From Actinomycetota bacterium (GTDB lineage: Bacteria; Actinomycetota; Thermoleophilia; RBG-16-64-13), in contig JADQBG010000001.1 of the NCBI GenBank assembly GCA_016278725.1, forward strand, positions 5,414-69,413: a stretch of DNA of 64,000 nucleotides, written 5' to 3'. The notes under the pieces are model-generated. The model worked only from the letters and a program-made list of their open reading frames with translations, was not told the origin of the DNA and did not search any database. Below, piece by piece: positions 48,091 to 58,701 of the stretch. The translations under genes were made by a program, and so were the position numbers. Numbering within the stretch: the first letter of the stretch is position 1; every line of letters starts with the position of its first letter.

Positions 48091-49517
48091 TCGAACTGAG
48101 CGCCAAAGAGGCCGGCAGAGCCCTCGGGAGGAAGGCAATCGTTGCTCCGGTTGCCCGGGTGGCCATCGACAGCCGGCAGGTGCGCCCGGGGGACCTCTTT
48201 CTCGCCATTTCCGGAGAGAACTTCGATGGGCACGACTTCTTGGAAGATGCCTTTCGTTCCGGAGCCGCAGGAGCGGTGGTTTCTTCTGCCAGAATCCCCT
48301 CGCTGTTGGCCGGGGGTTTGGCCGCAGACCGGCTCTATCCGGTCGAGGATACCGTCCGGGCCCTGGGGGCCCTGGCGGGGGAGGTGCGACGAAAGAGCGG
48401 CGCGCGGGTCATCGGCATCACCGGCAGCGTGGGAAAAACCACCACGAAGGACCTGATCGCCGGGATGGCGGCGCGCCAAGGCGCGGTGGTGGCCACAAGC
48501 GGGAACTACAACAACGAGATAGGCGTTCCCCTGACCCTCTTCCAGCTGACCGAGCGGACCCAGACGCTGGTCGTGGAGATGGGCATGCGCGGCCTGGGGG
48601 AGATCGCCGAGTTATCCGAGTTCGTGCGCCCGCATGTGGGAGTCGTGACCGGCGTCGCACCGGTCCACCTGGAGATCTTGGGAAACCTGGAGGCGGTTGC
48701 ACGGGCCAAGACGGAGTTGTTGCACGGGCTTCCCCCGGGGGGGAAGGCCGTGGTGCCCCAAGGCTCGGCGCTCATCGAGGAGGCGCTCGAGGGTCTCGAC
48801 CGGGAAGTGGTGCGTTTTGCCTTGGAAGAGGGCGCTCCCGGCCGCGCCGACGTCCGTGGACGTTTGCTCGAGGCTTCCGGCAGTAGGGCTAAACTCGAGG
48901 TCGAATGGCCGGAGGGTAAAGCTGAAGTTGAGGTTGATTGGGCCACCCCGGCCCGCTTGCGAAATGCCGTAGCCGCCGCCGCCGCAGTTTGGGCGGCCGG
49001 CATGCCTCTGGAAGAAGTGCTGGGGGGACTGGCCGAAGTCGGCTTCTCCGGATCGCGGGGTCAGGAGATCGAGGCCGCCGGCATCCTCGTCCTGGACGAC
49101 TCCTATAACGCCAACCCCGTCGCGGTGGAGGCCGCTCTCGAGCATCTGGTCGCGCGGACCCGGGAGCTCGGCGGGAGGAGCGTGGCGGTGCTGGGCGACA
49201 TGCTCGAACTGGGCCCCTCCGCGCCGGAGTACCACCGGATGACGGGGGAGCGCGCCGCTGCGCTGGGGGTGGAGCTTCTGCTTGCCGTCGGCCCCCTGGC
49301 CGAGCACCTTCTTGCCGGCTACCGCAAAGGAGCTCCGGCAGGGAGGGGCCTCCACGTCCCCGATCCGGCCGACGCCGCGGAGGAGACGGCCCGGATCGTG
49401 GGCCCCGGCGACGTGGTTCTGGTCAAGGCTTCCCGCGGGTTGCGGCTGGAGCGGGTGGTGGAACGGTTGCTCGCCCGGAAGGTGCCGGCCCCGAACGGGG
49501 TCTCGACCCGTGGCTGA
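48087..49517 (+). CDS. murF: UDP-N-acetylmuramoyl-tripeptide--D-alanyl-D-alanine ligase
   Basis: 'GITGSVGKTTT'. GTG start at 48087 overlapping the murE stop (GTGA). The alternative ATG at 48057 would overlap by 34 nt. Confidence 0.85.
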   Translation: MIELSAKEAGRALGRKAIVAPVARVAIDSRQVRPGDLFLAISGENFDGHDFLEDAFRSGAAGAVVSSARIPSLLAGGLAADRLYPVEDTVRALGALAGEVRRKSGARVIGITGSVGKTTTKDLIAGMAARQGAVVATSGNYNNEIGVPLTLFQLTERTQTLVVEMGMRGLGEIAELSEFVRPHVGVVTGVAPVHLEILGNLEAVARAKTELLHGLPPGGKAVVPQGSALIEEALEGLDREVVRFALEEGAPGRADVRGRLLEASGSRAKLEVEWPEGKAEVEVDWATPARLRNAVAAAAAVWAAGMPLEEVLGGLAEVGFSGSRGQEIEAAGILVLDDSYNANPVAVEAALEHLVARTRELGGRSVAVLGDMLELGPSAPEYHRMTGERAAALGVELLLAVGPLAEHLLAGYRKGAPAGRGLHVPDPADAAEETARIVGPGDVVLVKASRGLRLERVVERLLARKVPAPNGVSTRG

Positions 49518-50484
49518 GATCCTCGCCGCGGGCATCCTCGCCATGCTGGTTTCGCTGCTGGCGGGTCCTTACTTCATCGAGTGGCTCCGGCGGCAAGGGA
49601 TCGGCCAGAGCATCCGGGAACTGGGACCCGAAAGCCACAGCACCAAGGCGGGCACTCCCACCATGGGCGGCCTGCTGATTCTGGTGGCCGCCGCGGTCCC
49701 CTATCTGTTGCTTGCGGAAAAGACGCCGCCGAGCGTGGTGGTATTCGTCCTCACCTTCGGCTCGGGAGCGATCGGTTTCCTGGACGACTGGTCCAAGCTC
49801 AGCAACCGCAGGTCATTGGGCCTGAACGGGCGCACCAAGATGCTGATGCAGTTGGTGCTGGTGCTACTGGTCGGCTGGGTTGCCATCCGCTTTGCCGGAG
49901 TGGAGAGCACCGTGCGCGTGCCCCTGTTGGATATCTCCATCGCCTTTGGCGGGGTCTACTTCCTGGTGGTGTACTTCGTGATCGCGGGGACGGCGAACGC
50001 GGTCAATCTGACCGACGGCCTGGACGGTCTGGCCGCGGGTACGGTCGCCACCTGTCTGCTGGTCTATACCGGCATCACCTTTCTCCGGGGGGAGCCCGAT
50101 CTGGCAATTCTCTCCGCCAGCCTGATGGGCGCCTGCGTGGGCTTTCTCTGGTACAACTCCTTCCCGGCCGACGTTTTCATGGGGGATACCGGCTCCCTGG
50201 CCTTGGGCGCCGCCTTGGCCGGGCTTGCCGTAGTCACCGGCACCGAGTTCCTGCTGGTGCTGATCGGCGGCATCTTCGTGATCGAGGCCATGAGCGTGAT
50301 CATTCAGGTGATCAGCTTCCGCGTCTTCGGCAAGCGCGTCTTCTTGATGACGCCAATTCACCACCATTTCGAGCTCAAGAACTGGTCTGAGACCAAGATC
50401 ATCGTCCGCTTCTGGATAGTGACGGCCATCCTCGCGGGGACGGGATTCACCGTGTTCTATATAGACATAACGCAGGGTCTGTGA
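49510..50484 (+). CDS. mraY: Phospho-N-acetylmuramoyl-pentapeptide transferase
   Basis: 'NAVNLTDGLDGLA' and 'HHHFE'. GTG start at 49510 overlapping the murF stop. Confidence 0.9.
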   Translation: MAEILAAGILAMLVSLLAGPYFIEWLRRQGIGQSIRELGPESHSTKAGTPTMGGLLILVAAAVPYLLLAEKTPPSVVVFVLTFGSGAIGFLDDWSKLSNRRSLGLNGRTKMLMQLVLVLLVGWVAIRFAGVESTVRVPLLDISIAFGGVYFLVVYFVIAGTANAVNLTDGLDGLAAGTVATCLLVYTGITFLRGEPDLAILSASLMGACVGFLWYNSFPADVFMGDTGSLALGAALAGLAVVTGTEFLLVLIGGIFVIEAMSVIIQVISFRVFGKRVFLMTPIHHHFELKNWSETKIIVRFWIVTAILAGTGFTVFYIDITQGL

Positions 50485-50497
50485 GCGGGGGGCAGGC

Positions 50498-51952
50498 ATG
50501 AAAGACGGCGCGGAACCGGCCGGTCGACACAGGGGAGGGCCCGACAGCGGACGCGGAATACTCCCTTACGAAATCGGGCGCATTCTGGTCTTGGGGGCCA
50601 GCCGCTCCGGCGTGGGAGCCGCCAAAGCCCTGGTGCGCCGCGGCCGCTCGGTGGTGCTTTCCGACAGCAAACCGCGGGACGCTCTGGGGGATCTGAGCGG
50701 GCTGGAAGCGTCCGGGGTTGAGGTGGTGACCGGCGTTCAGGACGCTCGCCTGCTCGAGGGAATTCAGTTGGTGGTCAAGAGCCCCGGAGTCCCCGGGGAG
50801 GCGCCGCTGGTGCAGAGGGCTCGCGAGGCCGGGATCCCCGTGTGGAGCGAGGTCGAACTGGCCTTCCGCCTGTTCCCCAATGTCTTCGTCGCGGTCACCG
50901 GTACCAACGGCAAGACCACCACCACCGCGCTGCTGGGCCATCTGCTGGCAAATGACGGCCGCTCGGTCAGGCTGGTGGGCAATATCGGCCAGGCGGTCAC
51001 CTCGTTGGGCGCCGGCCTGGACCCGGCCGAGGAGCTTGTGGTGGAAGTCTCGAGCTTCCAACTCGAGGACGTGCACGCCTTTCGCCCGGCGGTCGCCGTC
51101 TTTTTGAACCTGACCCCGGACCATCTCGATCGCCACCACACCATGGAAGCCTATGTGGCCGCCAAGATGAAGCTCTTCGCCCGGCAGGGCCCGGGAGACG
51201 TGGCCGTCGTCAATGTGGGCGACCCTTACGGGGCCGCGCTCGTGCAGGAGTTGCGCAACCATCCGCCGGGCCCGAACGTGCTCACCTTCTCGCTGGAGCC
51301 TCAGGTAGAGATAGATTCATGGGTGCAGGAGGGCCGGCTGATGCTGCTGGGGATGCCGGGTCCCGCCGTCGACGAACTGATTCTGCGCGGCCCTCACAAC
51401 CTGGAGAACGCGCTCGCTGCCGGAACCGCTGCTCTTGCCCGCCGGGCCGATTTTGGGATCGTTTGCGAGGGGCTGAAGAGCTTTCCCGGAGTGCCGCATC
51501 GCCTCGAGCAGGCAGGAACTGTCGGGGGCATCTCGTATGTGAATGACAGCAAAGCGACCAACGTCGAGGCCACCCTCAAGGCGCTGGGCGCATACCCGGA
51601 GGGGACCCACCTGATCCTGGGCGGCCGGGACAAGGGCTCGGACTATCGGCCGATCGCGCGAAACTGCGGAGGCTGCGTGGGGGTCTACCTGGTGGGAGAG
51701 GCGGCTCCGCTCATTCGGGAGGCCTTTGCCGAAGTGGCGGCCGAGGCGGGCGAGGGCCACGGTCTCGAGGTCCCGCCGGTCATGGACTGCGGCGACTTGG
51801 AAACCGCGGTCGCTCGGGCGACGGAGCGGGCGCTTCCCGGTCACGTGGTGCTGCTGGCCCCGGCCTGCGCCAGCTTCGATCAGTATGGGAGCTTCGAGGA
51901 ACGCGGCGAGCATTTCGTCCAACTGGTGCGCGATCTCGAGAAGAGGGCATGA
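50498..51952 (+). CDS. murD: UDP-N-acetylmuramoylalanine--D-glutamate ligase
   Basis: 'VTGTNGKTTT'. Confidence 0.9.
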   Translation: MKDGAEPAGRHRGGPDSGRGILPYEIGRILVLGASRSGVGAAKALVRRGRSVVLSDSKPRDALGDLSGLEASGVEVVTGVQDARLLEGIQLVVKSPGVPGEAPLVQRAREAGIPVWSEVELAFRLFPNVFVAVTGTNGKTTTTALLGHLLANDGRSVRLVGNIGQAVTSLGAGLDPAEELVVEVSSFQLEDVHAFRPAVAVFLNLTPDHLDRHHTMEAYVAAKMKLFARQGPGDVAVVNVGDPYGAALVQELRNHPPGPNVLTFSLEPQVEIDSWVQEGRLMLLGMPGPAVDELILRGPHNLENALAAGTAALARRADFGIVCEGLKSFPGVPHRLEQAGTVGGISYVNDSKATNVEATLKALGAYPEGTHLILGGRDKGSDYRPIARNCGGCVGVYLVGEAAPLIREAFAEVAAEAGEGHGLEVPPVMDCGDLETAVARATERALPGHVVLLAPACASFDQYGSFEERGEHFVQLVRDLEKRA

Positions 51953-53259
51953 GACAGACTCGACTGAGAACTGAGGCGGAAACCCGCGCGGCCGAACGGC
52001 AGGCGCAGACCGCCGAGCGCGAAGAGCAGGCCGAGGCTCAGGAACCGGTCTGGGCGTATCGGCTCACCTGGGCCTCCGTGCTTTTGCTTTTGGCCTTCGG
52101 ACTGCTGATGGTGTTCTCGGCCTCGTCCATCGTCGGCTTGTTCCGCGAAAACGAGGATGGGTTCTACTTCCTCAGGCAGCAGGCGATCACTGCGGTGGCC
52201 GGGCTCATCCTGCTCTTCGGCATCTCCCGCCTGGACTACCGGCGCCTGCGGCCGCTTGCTTTTCTGGGGCTGGGCTTTGCCGCCTTCCTGCTGATTCTGG
52301 TGCGCGTGCCCGGCGTGGGCAGCGAAGCCGGTGGAGCCACCCGCTGGCTGGAGCTCGGTTTCATCTCGCTGCAGCCCTCGGAGTTCGCCAAGCTGGCCGT
52401 CGTCGTCTTCGGGGCCCACATCCTCTCGAGCCGCCGCATCCTCAGGGGCGACCAGGCGGCCATGTTCCTCCGGCTGGTTCCCCCGGTCGGGGGCCTCTGC
52501 CTGCTGATTCTGTTTCAGCCGGACCTGGGGACCACGGTGATGGTGGGGATGATCCTCCTGGGGCTGCTCTGGGTGGCTGGGATGGGCCGGGTCCAATGGT
52601 TCGGGCTCACCGGCACCGCCTTTGCCTTCGCAGCGCTGATGATCGCCACCGCCGACTACCGCCGGCAGCGTTTCCTGGCCTTTCTCGATCCCTTCGCCGA
52701 CGCTCAGGATTCGGGATTTCAGATCGTTCAGTCGCTGATCGCCATCGGCAGTGGAGGCCTGTTCGGCGTGGGACCGGGGCAGAGCGTGCAGAAGTTCAGC
52801 TACCTGCCGGAGGCCCACACTGACATGATCTTCGCCATCATCGGCGAGGAGTTCGGCCTCTTGGGCATAACCGCGGTGATTGCGCTCTTTGCCGTGCTCT
52901 TGCTCTCCGCCTGGAGGATTGCGCGTGGCTGCGCCGACCCCTTTGGCAAGTATCTGGTGGCCGGGGTCGTGTTCCTGATCGGGGGGCAGGCTTTGCTCAA
53001 CATGGGCGGAGTCATGGCCGCCCTACCGCTCACCGGCGTGCCGCTCCCCTTCATCAGCTTCGGCCGCACCAACCTCCTCGTCGTGCTTGCCGCTGTTGGG
53101 ATAATCTTGTCCGTGGCCCGCCACTGCCCGCTGGAAGTGGCTTCCGGAGCGCCCTCGGCCTCATCAAACCAACCGAAAGAATTGCTGGACAATGTCACGT
53201 ATCTTGATCGCCGGAGGGGGCACGGCGGGGCACGTCGTCCCCGCCCTAGCCATAGCTGA
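51949..53259 (+). CDS. ftsW: SEDS-family peptidoglycan polymerase FtsW
   Basis: FtsW/RodA fold. ATGA overlap with murD. The C-terminal tail overlaps murG by 68 nt. Confidence 0.85.
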   Translation: MRQTRLRTEAETRAAERQAQTAEREEQAEAQEPVWAYRLTWASVLLLLAFGLLMVFSASSIVGLFRENEDGFYFLRQQAITAVAGLILLFGISRLDYRRLRPLAFLGLGFAAFLLILVRVPGVGSEAGGATRWLELGFISLQPSEFAKLAVVVFGAHILSSRRILRGDQAAMFLRLVPPVGGLCLLILFQPDLGTTVMVGMILLGLLWVAGMGRVQWFGLTGTAFAFAALMIATADYRRQRFLAFLDPFADAQDSGFQIVQSLIAIGSGGLFGVGPGQSVQKFSYLPEAHTDMIFAIIGEEFGLLGITAVIALFAVLLLSAWRIARGCADPFGKYLVAGVVFLIGGQALLNMGGVMAALPLTGVPLPFISFGRTNLLVVLAAVGIILSVARHCPLEVASGAPSASSNQPKELLDNVTYLDRRRGHGGARRPRPSHS

Positions 53260-54280
53260 TGTGCTCCAGGAGAAGGGCTTTGAGGTGCACTTCTGCGGCG
53301 GCCTCCAGGGCATGGAGCGGGAGCTCGTCCCCAAGGCCGGCTACCCCTTCCATCCCGTGCGCATCCGCGGCTTCGAGCGGCGCCTGGGACTGGGCACGCT
53401 ACGCACGCTCCTCTCCCTGCCCGTGGCCGCCTGGGATGCCTGGCGGGCGCTGCGCCGAGTTCGCCCGGCCTGCGTCATAGGCGTCGGAGCCTACGCCTCC
53501 GGGCCGGTGGTGGCCGAGGCCGCGGTGCTGAGGCGCATCCCCAGCCTGGCGGTGGAGATGGACGCCCACCTGGGGTGGACCAACCGTATCCTTAGCCTCT
53601 TGGTGGACCGGGTTTGCCTGTCTTTTCCCGGCGCTCATGCCGAAGGCGGCAAGTTTGTCTTCACCGGACGGCCGGTTCGCCCCGAGTTGCTGAGGGCCGT
53701 CCCGGAGGAGGGCCGGGTGCGGTTTGGGGTGGAAGAGGGGCTGCCCGTGGTCCTGGTGTTCGGGGGCAGCTTGGGAGCCCCCACGGTCAACCGGGAGGCC
53801 TTCGCCGCCTTTAGCGCAGAGCCCACGCCGTACACGGTGCTCCACGTCACCGGCAGCCGCAACTTCGATGCGCTCGAGGAGCGGCACCGCCGGGAGAACC
53901 GCAATCCTCGTTACCGGATCTATCCGTATCTGGACGACTTCCCCTCCGCGCTGGCCGCGGCAGACGTCGCCGTGGCCCGGGCCGGCGGGTCGGTTGCGGA
54001 ACTGCTCGCCCGCGGGATTCCCTCCGTGCTGGTGCCTTTTCCGCTCGCCACGGCCGATCATCAGACCAAGAACGCGCGCATGCTCGAGGAAGAGGGCGCG
54101 GCCCTGGTGATCCCCGACCATGAACTGACCTCGACGCTGCTGGCCTCCGCTGTGGATGAACTCTTGGAGCCCACGGCGCATCGGCGGATGTCGGAGGCGG
54201 CCCTCGCTCTTGCCCGGCCGGACGCGGCTACCCGGATCGCCGAGCAGGTAGTACAATTGGCCGGCCCCCCGAGGGCTTGA
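53192..54280 (+). CDS. murG: UDP-N-acetylglucosamine--N-acetylmuramyl-(pentapeptide) pyrophosphoryl-undecaprenol GlcNAc transferase
   Basis: 'ILIAGGGTAGHVVPALAIA'. Confidence 0.9.
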   Translation: MSRILIAGGGTAGHVVPALAIADVLQEKGFEVHFCGGLQGMERELVPKAGYPFHPVRIRGFERRLGLGTLRTLLSLPVAAWDAWRALRRVRPACVIGVGAYASGPVVAEAAVLRRIPSLAVEMDAHLGWTNRILSLLVDRVCLSFPGAHAEGGKFVFTGRPVRPELLRAVPEEGRVRFGVEEGLPVVLVFGGSLGAPTVNREAFAAFSAEPTPYTVLHVTGSRNFDALEERHRRENRNPRYRIYPYLDDFPSALAAADVAVARAGGSVAELLARGIPSVLVPFPLATADHQTKNARMLEEEGAALVIPDHELTSTLLASAVDELLEPTAHRRMSEAALALARPDAATRIAEQVVQLAGPPRA

Positions 54281-54281
54281 T

Positions 54282-55679
54282 ATGACTCAATCCACCACCC
54301 CACCCAACGCCTCGCTTGCCGGTTTTCCGCGCCTTCACTTCATCGGGATCGGTGGTGCGGGTATGAGCGGGATCGCCCTCGTACTCAGAGGGCGCGGCCA
54401 TGAGATCAGCGGCTCCGACCTGAAGCCCTCCCGTTACGTGACCCTCCTCGAAGAGGCCGGTATCAAGGTTTCCATCGGCCACCATCCACAGAACATCGAC
54501 CGACCCGATGTGGTGGTGATTTCTTCGGCCATCCCCGAGCACAACGAGGAACTGCAAGAAGCCCATCGGCTGGGTCTTCCCGTGGTCAAGCGCGCCCAGG
54601 CGCTGGGCTGGCTGATGGAGGGCGGACGCGGGATCGCGGTTTGTGGGACGCACGGCAAGACCACCACCACTTCAATGATGAGCCGGGTGCTGGTCGATGC
54701 GGGCGAAGACCCCACCTTCCTGGTCGGGGGCGAGCTCAACGACCTGGGCTCAAACGCCCGTCACGGCTGGGGTGAGTTCGTGGTCTGCGAAGCGGATGAG
54801 TCGGATGGTTCCCTGCTTCTGCTTCGCCCGGAAGTCGCGGTGATCACCAACTTGGAGCTGGACCATCACAGCCACTACCTGCACGTGGACGACGTCGAGG
54901 CGGTGTTCCGCGATTTCCTGGTCACCCTTCCTGCCGACGGGATGCTGGTCTACTGGGGCGACGATCCCCGCTTGGCCAATCTGGCCCGGGGTGTCGAGGT
55001 GGCCACGTGCTCTTACGGTTTGACTCCGGGGGCCGACTACGAAGCCCGCGACTTGGTGCTGGACCACGGCGGCAGCCGCTTTGAGGTGTGGCGCCGGGGC
55101 CATCGCTTGGTCTCGGCTGAGCTGGCGATTCCCGGCGAGCACAACGTGCTCAATGCTCTGGCGGCTTTTGCCACGCTGGTCGAGCTCGGCATTTCGCCCA
55201 ACCGGGTGGCCGAGTCATTGGCCGGTTTTAGCGGGGCGGTGCGGCGCTTTCAGTGGAAAGGCGAGCGTAACGGGGTCAGCGTGGTCGACGACTACGCCCA
55301 CCACCCCACCGAGCTAAAAGCGACCCTCCGGGCGGCGCGGACGGGAGATTGGGACCGGATCGTGGCGGTCTTCCAGCCTCACCTGTATTCGCGCACCCGG
55401 TATCTTCACCAGGAATTTGCCGACGCGCTGCTCGAGGCGGATCTCCCCGTGGTCACCGATGTCTACGGCGCCCGGGAAGAGCCGCAGCCCGGGGTCAGCG
55501 GGAAGCTGATCATCAACGACATCCTGGATGCGAACCCGCACGCGCCCGCGGTCTACCTCCCGCGGCTTGCCTCGATCGTCGAGTTCCTCGAGGCGCAGAC
55601 GCGGCCGGGGGATCTGGTGCTGACCATGGGCGCCGGTGACGTTCACCGGGTCGGGGAGCGCTTCCTCGAGGCGACTTAG
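54282..55679 (+). CDS. murC: UDP-N-acetylmuramate--L-alanine ligase
   Basis: 'GIGGAGMSGIA' and 'GTHGKTTTTS'. Confidence 0.9.
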   Translation: MTQSTTPPNASLAGFPRLHFIGIGGAGMSGIALVLRGRGHEISGSDLKPSRYVTLLEEAGIKVSIGHHPQNIDRPDVVVISSAIPEHNEELQEAHRLGLPVVKRAQALGWLMEGGRGIAVCGTHGKTTTTSMMSRVLVDAGEDPTFLVGGELNDLGSNARHGWGEFVVCEADESDGSLLLLRPEVAVITNLELDHHSHYLHVDDVEAVFRDFLVTLPADGMLVYWGDDPRLANLARGVEVATCSYGLTPGADYEARDLVLDHGGSRFEVWRRGHRLVSAELAIPGEHNVLNALAAFATLVELGISPNRVAESLAGFSGAVRRFQWKGERNGVSVVDDYAHHPTELKATLRAARTGDWDRIVAVFQPHLYSRTRYLHQEFADALLEADLPVVTDVYGAREEPQPGVSGKLIINDILDANPHAPAVYLPRLASIVEFLEAQTRPGDLVLTMGAGDVHRVGERFLEAT

Positions 55680-55686
55680 GCTCCGC

Positions 55687-56637
55687 GTGCCTCCCCTTTC
55701 TGCGGAACTGTTGGCCCGGCTGCGTGCCGTTCCCGAACTGCGGGTATGGCCCGGGGCGCCGCTTTCGCCCTTCACCACCTTCGGCTCGGGAGGCCGGGCC
55801 AAGGTCTTGCTCACCCCGGGCGATCCGGAATCCTTGGTCGAGGCTCTGGCCATCCTGCGCGAGGCCGGGATGAGTTGGTCGGTGCTGGGCGCCGGATCGA
55901 ACGTTCTGGTGGCCGATCAGGGATATCCCGGGGCGGTGATCAGCCTGGGCGGCGAGTTTGCCTATCTGCAGGAGGACTATCCCCATCCGGCTTTGGTGGT
56001 GGGGGCCGGGCTTTCCCTTCCCCGTCTGGCGGTGCAGGCCGCGGACCGGGGCCTGAGCGGCCTCGAGTTCACCTGCGGTATACCGGGGAGCGTGGGCGGG
56101 GCGGTGGCGATGAACGCCGGGGCGCACGGGAGCAGTCTGGCGCAGGTGATAACCGATGTGCAGATCGCCGATCCCGAGGGACTGCACCGCGTGGAGGTGG
56201 GCGAACTGGAGTGGCATTACCGCCGTTGCGGCCTCCCTGCGGACGCGGTGGTCACGGCTGTGCGCCTGGAACTCGTCGCCGCCGACAGGCAGGAAATTCT
56301 CATCCGGCACCGTACCTTCCAGCAGGCCCGGCGGCGCACCCAGCCGCGCGGGGTCCGCAATTTCGGCAGCACGTTCAAAAACCCCGAGGGCGAAGCCGCG
56401 GGGCGGCTGCTCGAGGCTGCGGGGCTCAAGGGAATCAGGCGGGGAGGAGCGCAAATCAGCAGCGTCCATGCCAATTTCGTCACCAACGTGGATGAAGCTT
56501 CCACCCGGGACGCGCTCGATCTCATGACCATCATGCGTGAGTCGGTCTGGGCCAAGCACCGGATAGCGCTTGATCCGGAGGTCAGACTCCTGGGCGCCGG
56601 CTTTCCCTGGCAGCGGGCTGGGGATCAGGCGAGGTGA
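55687..56637 (+). CDS. murB: UDP-N-acetylenolpyruvoylglucosamine reductase
   Basis: FAD-binding 'FTTFGSGGRAKVLL...GAGSNVLV'. GTG start at 55687. Confidence 0.85.
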   Translation: MPPLSAELLARLRAVPELRVWPGAPLSPFTTFGSGGRAKVLLTPGDPESLVEALAILREAGMSWSVLGAGSNVLVADQGYPGAVISLGGEFAYLQEDYPHPALVVGAGLSLPRLAVQAADRGLSGLEFTCGIPGSVGGAVAMNAGAHGSSLAQVITDVQIADPEGLHRVEVGELEWHYRRCGLPADAVVTAVRLELVAADRQEILIRHRTFQQARRRTQPRGVRNFGSTFKNPEGEAAGRLLEAAGLKGIRRGGAQISSVHANFVTNVDEASTRDALDLMTIMRESVWAKHRIALDPEVRLLGAGFPWQRAGDQAR

Positions 56638-57470
56638 CCGGTGCGGCGGCAAACGCGGCCCGGGGAAGTTCGGCGGGACGGCCTTCGAGGGCGTCTTCCG
56701 GAGGGGCAGCGGCCGCCGGCGGTCGGCTCCGGCGGCATGTTCTCGGCTGGTGGACCCTGCTCTTGCTGGCGGCCGCCGTCGCGGCCGTGATGGGTTTTCT
56801 CTGGCTGCGCTCATCCGACGTGTTTGCCCTGGAGGAACTGGTCCTGCCCGAGCCCCGCTACGTTGCGCCCGAAGAAGTCCGCGAGGCACTGGCCCCCTAT
56901 GCCCACGAGAGCCTCCTGACTCTGCCCCTGGAGGAAATTCGCTCCCGGCTCGAGGCGATACCCTACGTGCGCACGGCCTCCCTGCACCGCGGGCTGCCTC
57001 ACTTACTGCGGGTCGAACTCGAAGAACACGAACCCTGGGCCCGGGTGAGGGGCAAGGAAGCAGACTGGCTGGTGGCGAGAGACGGGACCATCCTCGAGAG
57101 GTTCGCCGGCAAGAGCGGTTCCCCGCCGGCGGAAGCCGGGGCGACGCCTCTGCTGGTGCCCGCCGAGCCCGCCCAGCTGCAGGCCGGGGGGCACGTGAGC
57201 GAGTTGGTGCTGGGATCGTTCGAGGCTCTTCGGGCTTTGGAGGCGAACTGGCCGGCGGACTACCCGGTGAAACGGGTGACGGTCACCCCCGGGGGCGACC
57301 TCTCGGTTTGGCTGGAATCGGGCACCGAGCTGAGGCTGGGCGAGCCCAGCGAGGTGGAGCCAAAGTTGATTGTCGCCCTGGAGATTATGAAGGTGTACTC
57401 GAGGGACGGGGGAACCCCGGCCTACATTGACGTGCAGTTGCCTTCACGCCCAGTGGCCAAGCCCAGATGA
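56634..57470 (+). CDS. ftsQ: Cell division protein FtsQ/DivIB (one TM segment, POTRA domain)
   Basis: It follows murB directly with a GTGA overlap. TM segment 'WTLLLLAAAVAAVMGFLWL' and a POTRA-like fold. Confidence 0.7.
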   Translation: MTGAAANAARGSSAGRPSRASSGGAAAAGGRLRRHVLGWWTLLLLAAAVAAVMGFLWLRSSDVFALEELVLPEPRYVAPEEVREALAPYAHESLLTLPLEEIRSRLEAIPYVRTASLHRGLPHLLRVELEEHEPWARVRGKEADWLVARDGTILERFAGKSGSPPAEAGATPLLVPAEPAQLQAGGHVSELVLGSFEALRALEANWPADYPVKRVTVTPGGDLSVWLESGTELRLGEPSEVEPKLIVALEIMKVYSRDGGTPAYIDVQLPSRPVAKPR

Positions 57471-57620
57471 AAGGTGATATCGTCGCGAGTAAGGCTCAAC
57501 CCAGAGTTGGTGCTTTCCGACAAAGGCTAGAGTAAAGGTTAAGGGTTTGGAGTTTTGCGGTCGAGGATTGGCTCACGCAGCCGTCCACGGATGTAGACCT
57601 CGAGGAGGTAGACGGACATC

Positions 57621-58694
57621 ATGAATGACACCGGCTCGAGTTACCTGGCCGTCATCAAGGTAGTCGGCGTGGGTGGTGGCGGCACCAACGCGGTCAATCG
57701 GATGGTCGATGCCGGCCTTAAAGGCGTCGAGTTCATCGCGGTGAACACCGACGCTCAGGCTCTTTTGATGTGCGACGCCGACGTGAAGATCCACATCGGA
57801 GGCAAGATCACCCGCGGATTGGGTGCGGGTGCCAACCCCGAGGTGGGACGCGAAGCCGCTGAGGAAAACCGGGACGAGCTGCGCGAGGCGCTCAAGGGCG
57901 CGGACATGGTTTTCGTGACCGCGGGCAAGGGCGGCGGTACCGGCACCGGGGCGGCTCCGGTCATCGCCGAGATCGCCAGGGAGCTGGGCGCCCTCACGGT
58001 GGGCGTGGTCACCAAGCCTTTCACCTTCGAGGGCCGCAAGCGAGGCGCCCAGGCAGAGGGTGGCATCGAGGCCCTCTCACGCAAGGTCGACACTCTGATC
58101 ATCATCCCGAACGACCGGTTGCTGCAGGTGGTCGAACGGCGCACCTCGATCATCGAGGCTTTCAAGGTCGCGGACGACGTGCTGCGGCAGGGCGTCCAGG
58201 GGATCACCGATCTGATCACCGTCCCCGGACTGATCAATCTGGACTTCGCCGATGTGCGCACGATCATGCGCAACGCCGGCTCGGCGCTGATGGGAATCGG
58301 TGTGGCGAGCGGCGAGAATCGCGGCACCGAAGCCGCACGGGCGGCCATCTCCTCGCCGCTCCTGGAATCCTCCATCGAAGGGGCCACCGGCATCCTGCTC
58401 AACATCACCGGCGGCGACAGCATGGGCCTTTTCGAAGTCAACGAGGCGGCAGAGGTCATCTCGGGCGCTGCCGACGGCGAGGCCAATGTCATCTTCGGCG
58501 CGGTGATCGACCCCGATCTCAAGGACGAGATGCGCGTCACCGTGATCGCGACCGGTTTCGACCGGCGTCACGTGGAGCGCGAGCCCGAGGGTGAAGCGTC
58601 GGAGACCGGAGAGTCCGCGCCGGCGCAGCCCGAGCCTTTTGAGATGAACGAGGACATCCTGGAGATCCCCTCGTTCCTGCGCGACCGCGACTGA
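57621..58694 (+). CDS. ftsZ: Cell division GTPase FtsZ
   Basis: '[10 protein letters not shown]' and '[13 protein letters not shown]'. Confidence 0.95.
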   Translation: MNDTGSSYLAVIKVVGVGGGGTNAVNRMVDAGLKGVEFIAVNTDAQALLMCDADVKIHIGGKITRGLGAGANPEVGREAAEENRDELREALKGADMVFVTAGKGGGTGTGAAPVIAEIARELGALTVGVVTKPFTFEGRKRGAQAEGGIEALSRKVDTLIIIPNDRLLQVVERRTSIIEAFKVADDVLRQGVQGITDLITVPGLINLDFADVRTIMRNAGSALMGIGVASGENRGTEAARAAISSPLLESSIEGATGILLNITGGDSMGLFEVNEAAEVISGAADGEANVIFGAVIDPDLKDEMRVTVIATGFDRRHVEREPEGEASETGESAPAQPEPFEMNEDILEIPSFLRDRD

Positions 58695-58701
58695 GCAAAC
58701 C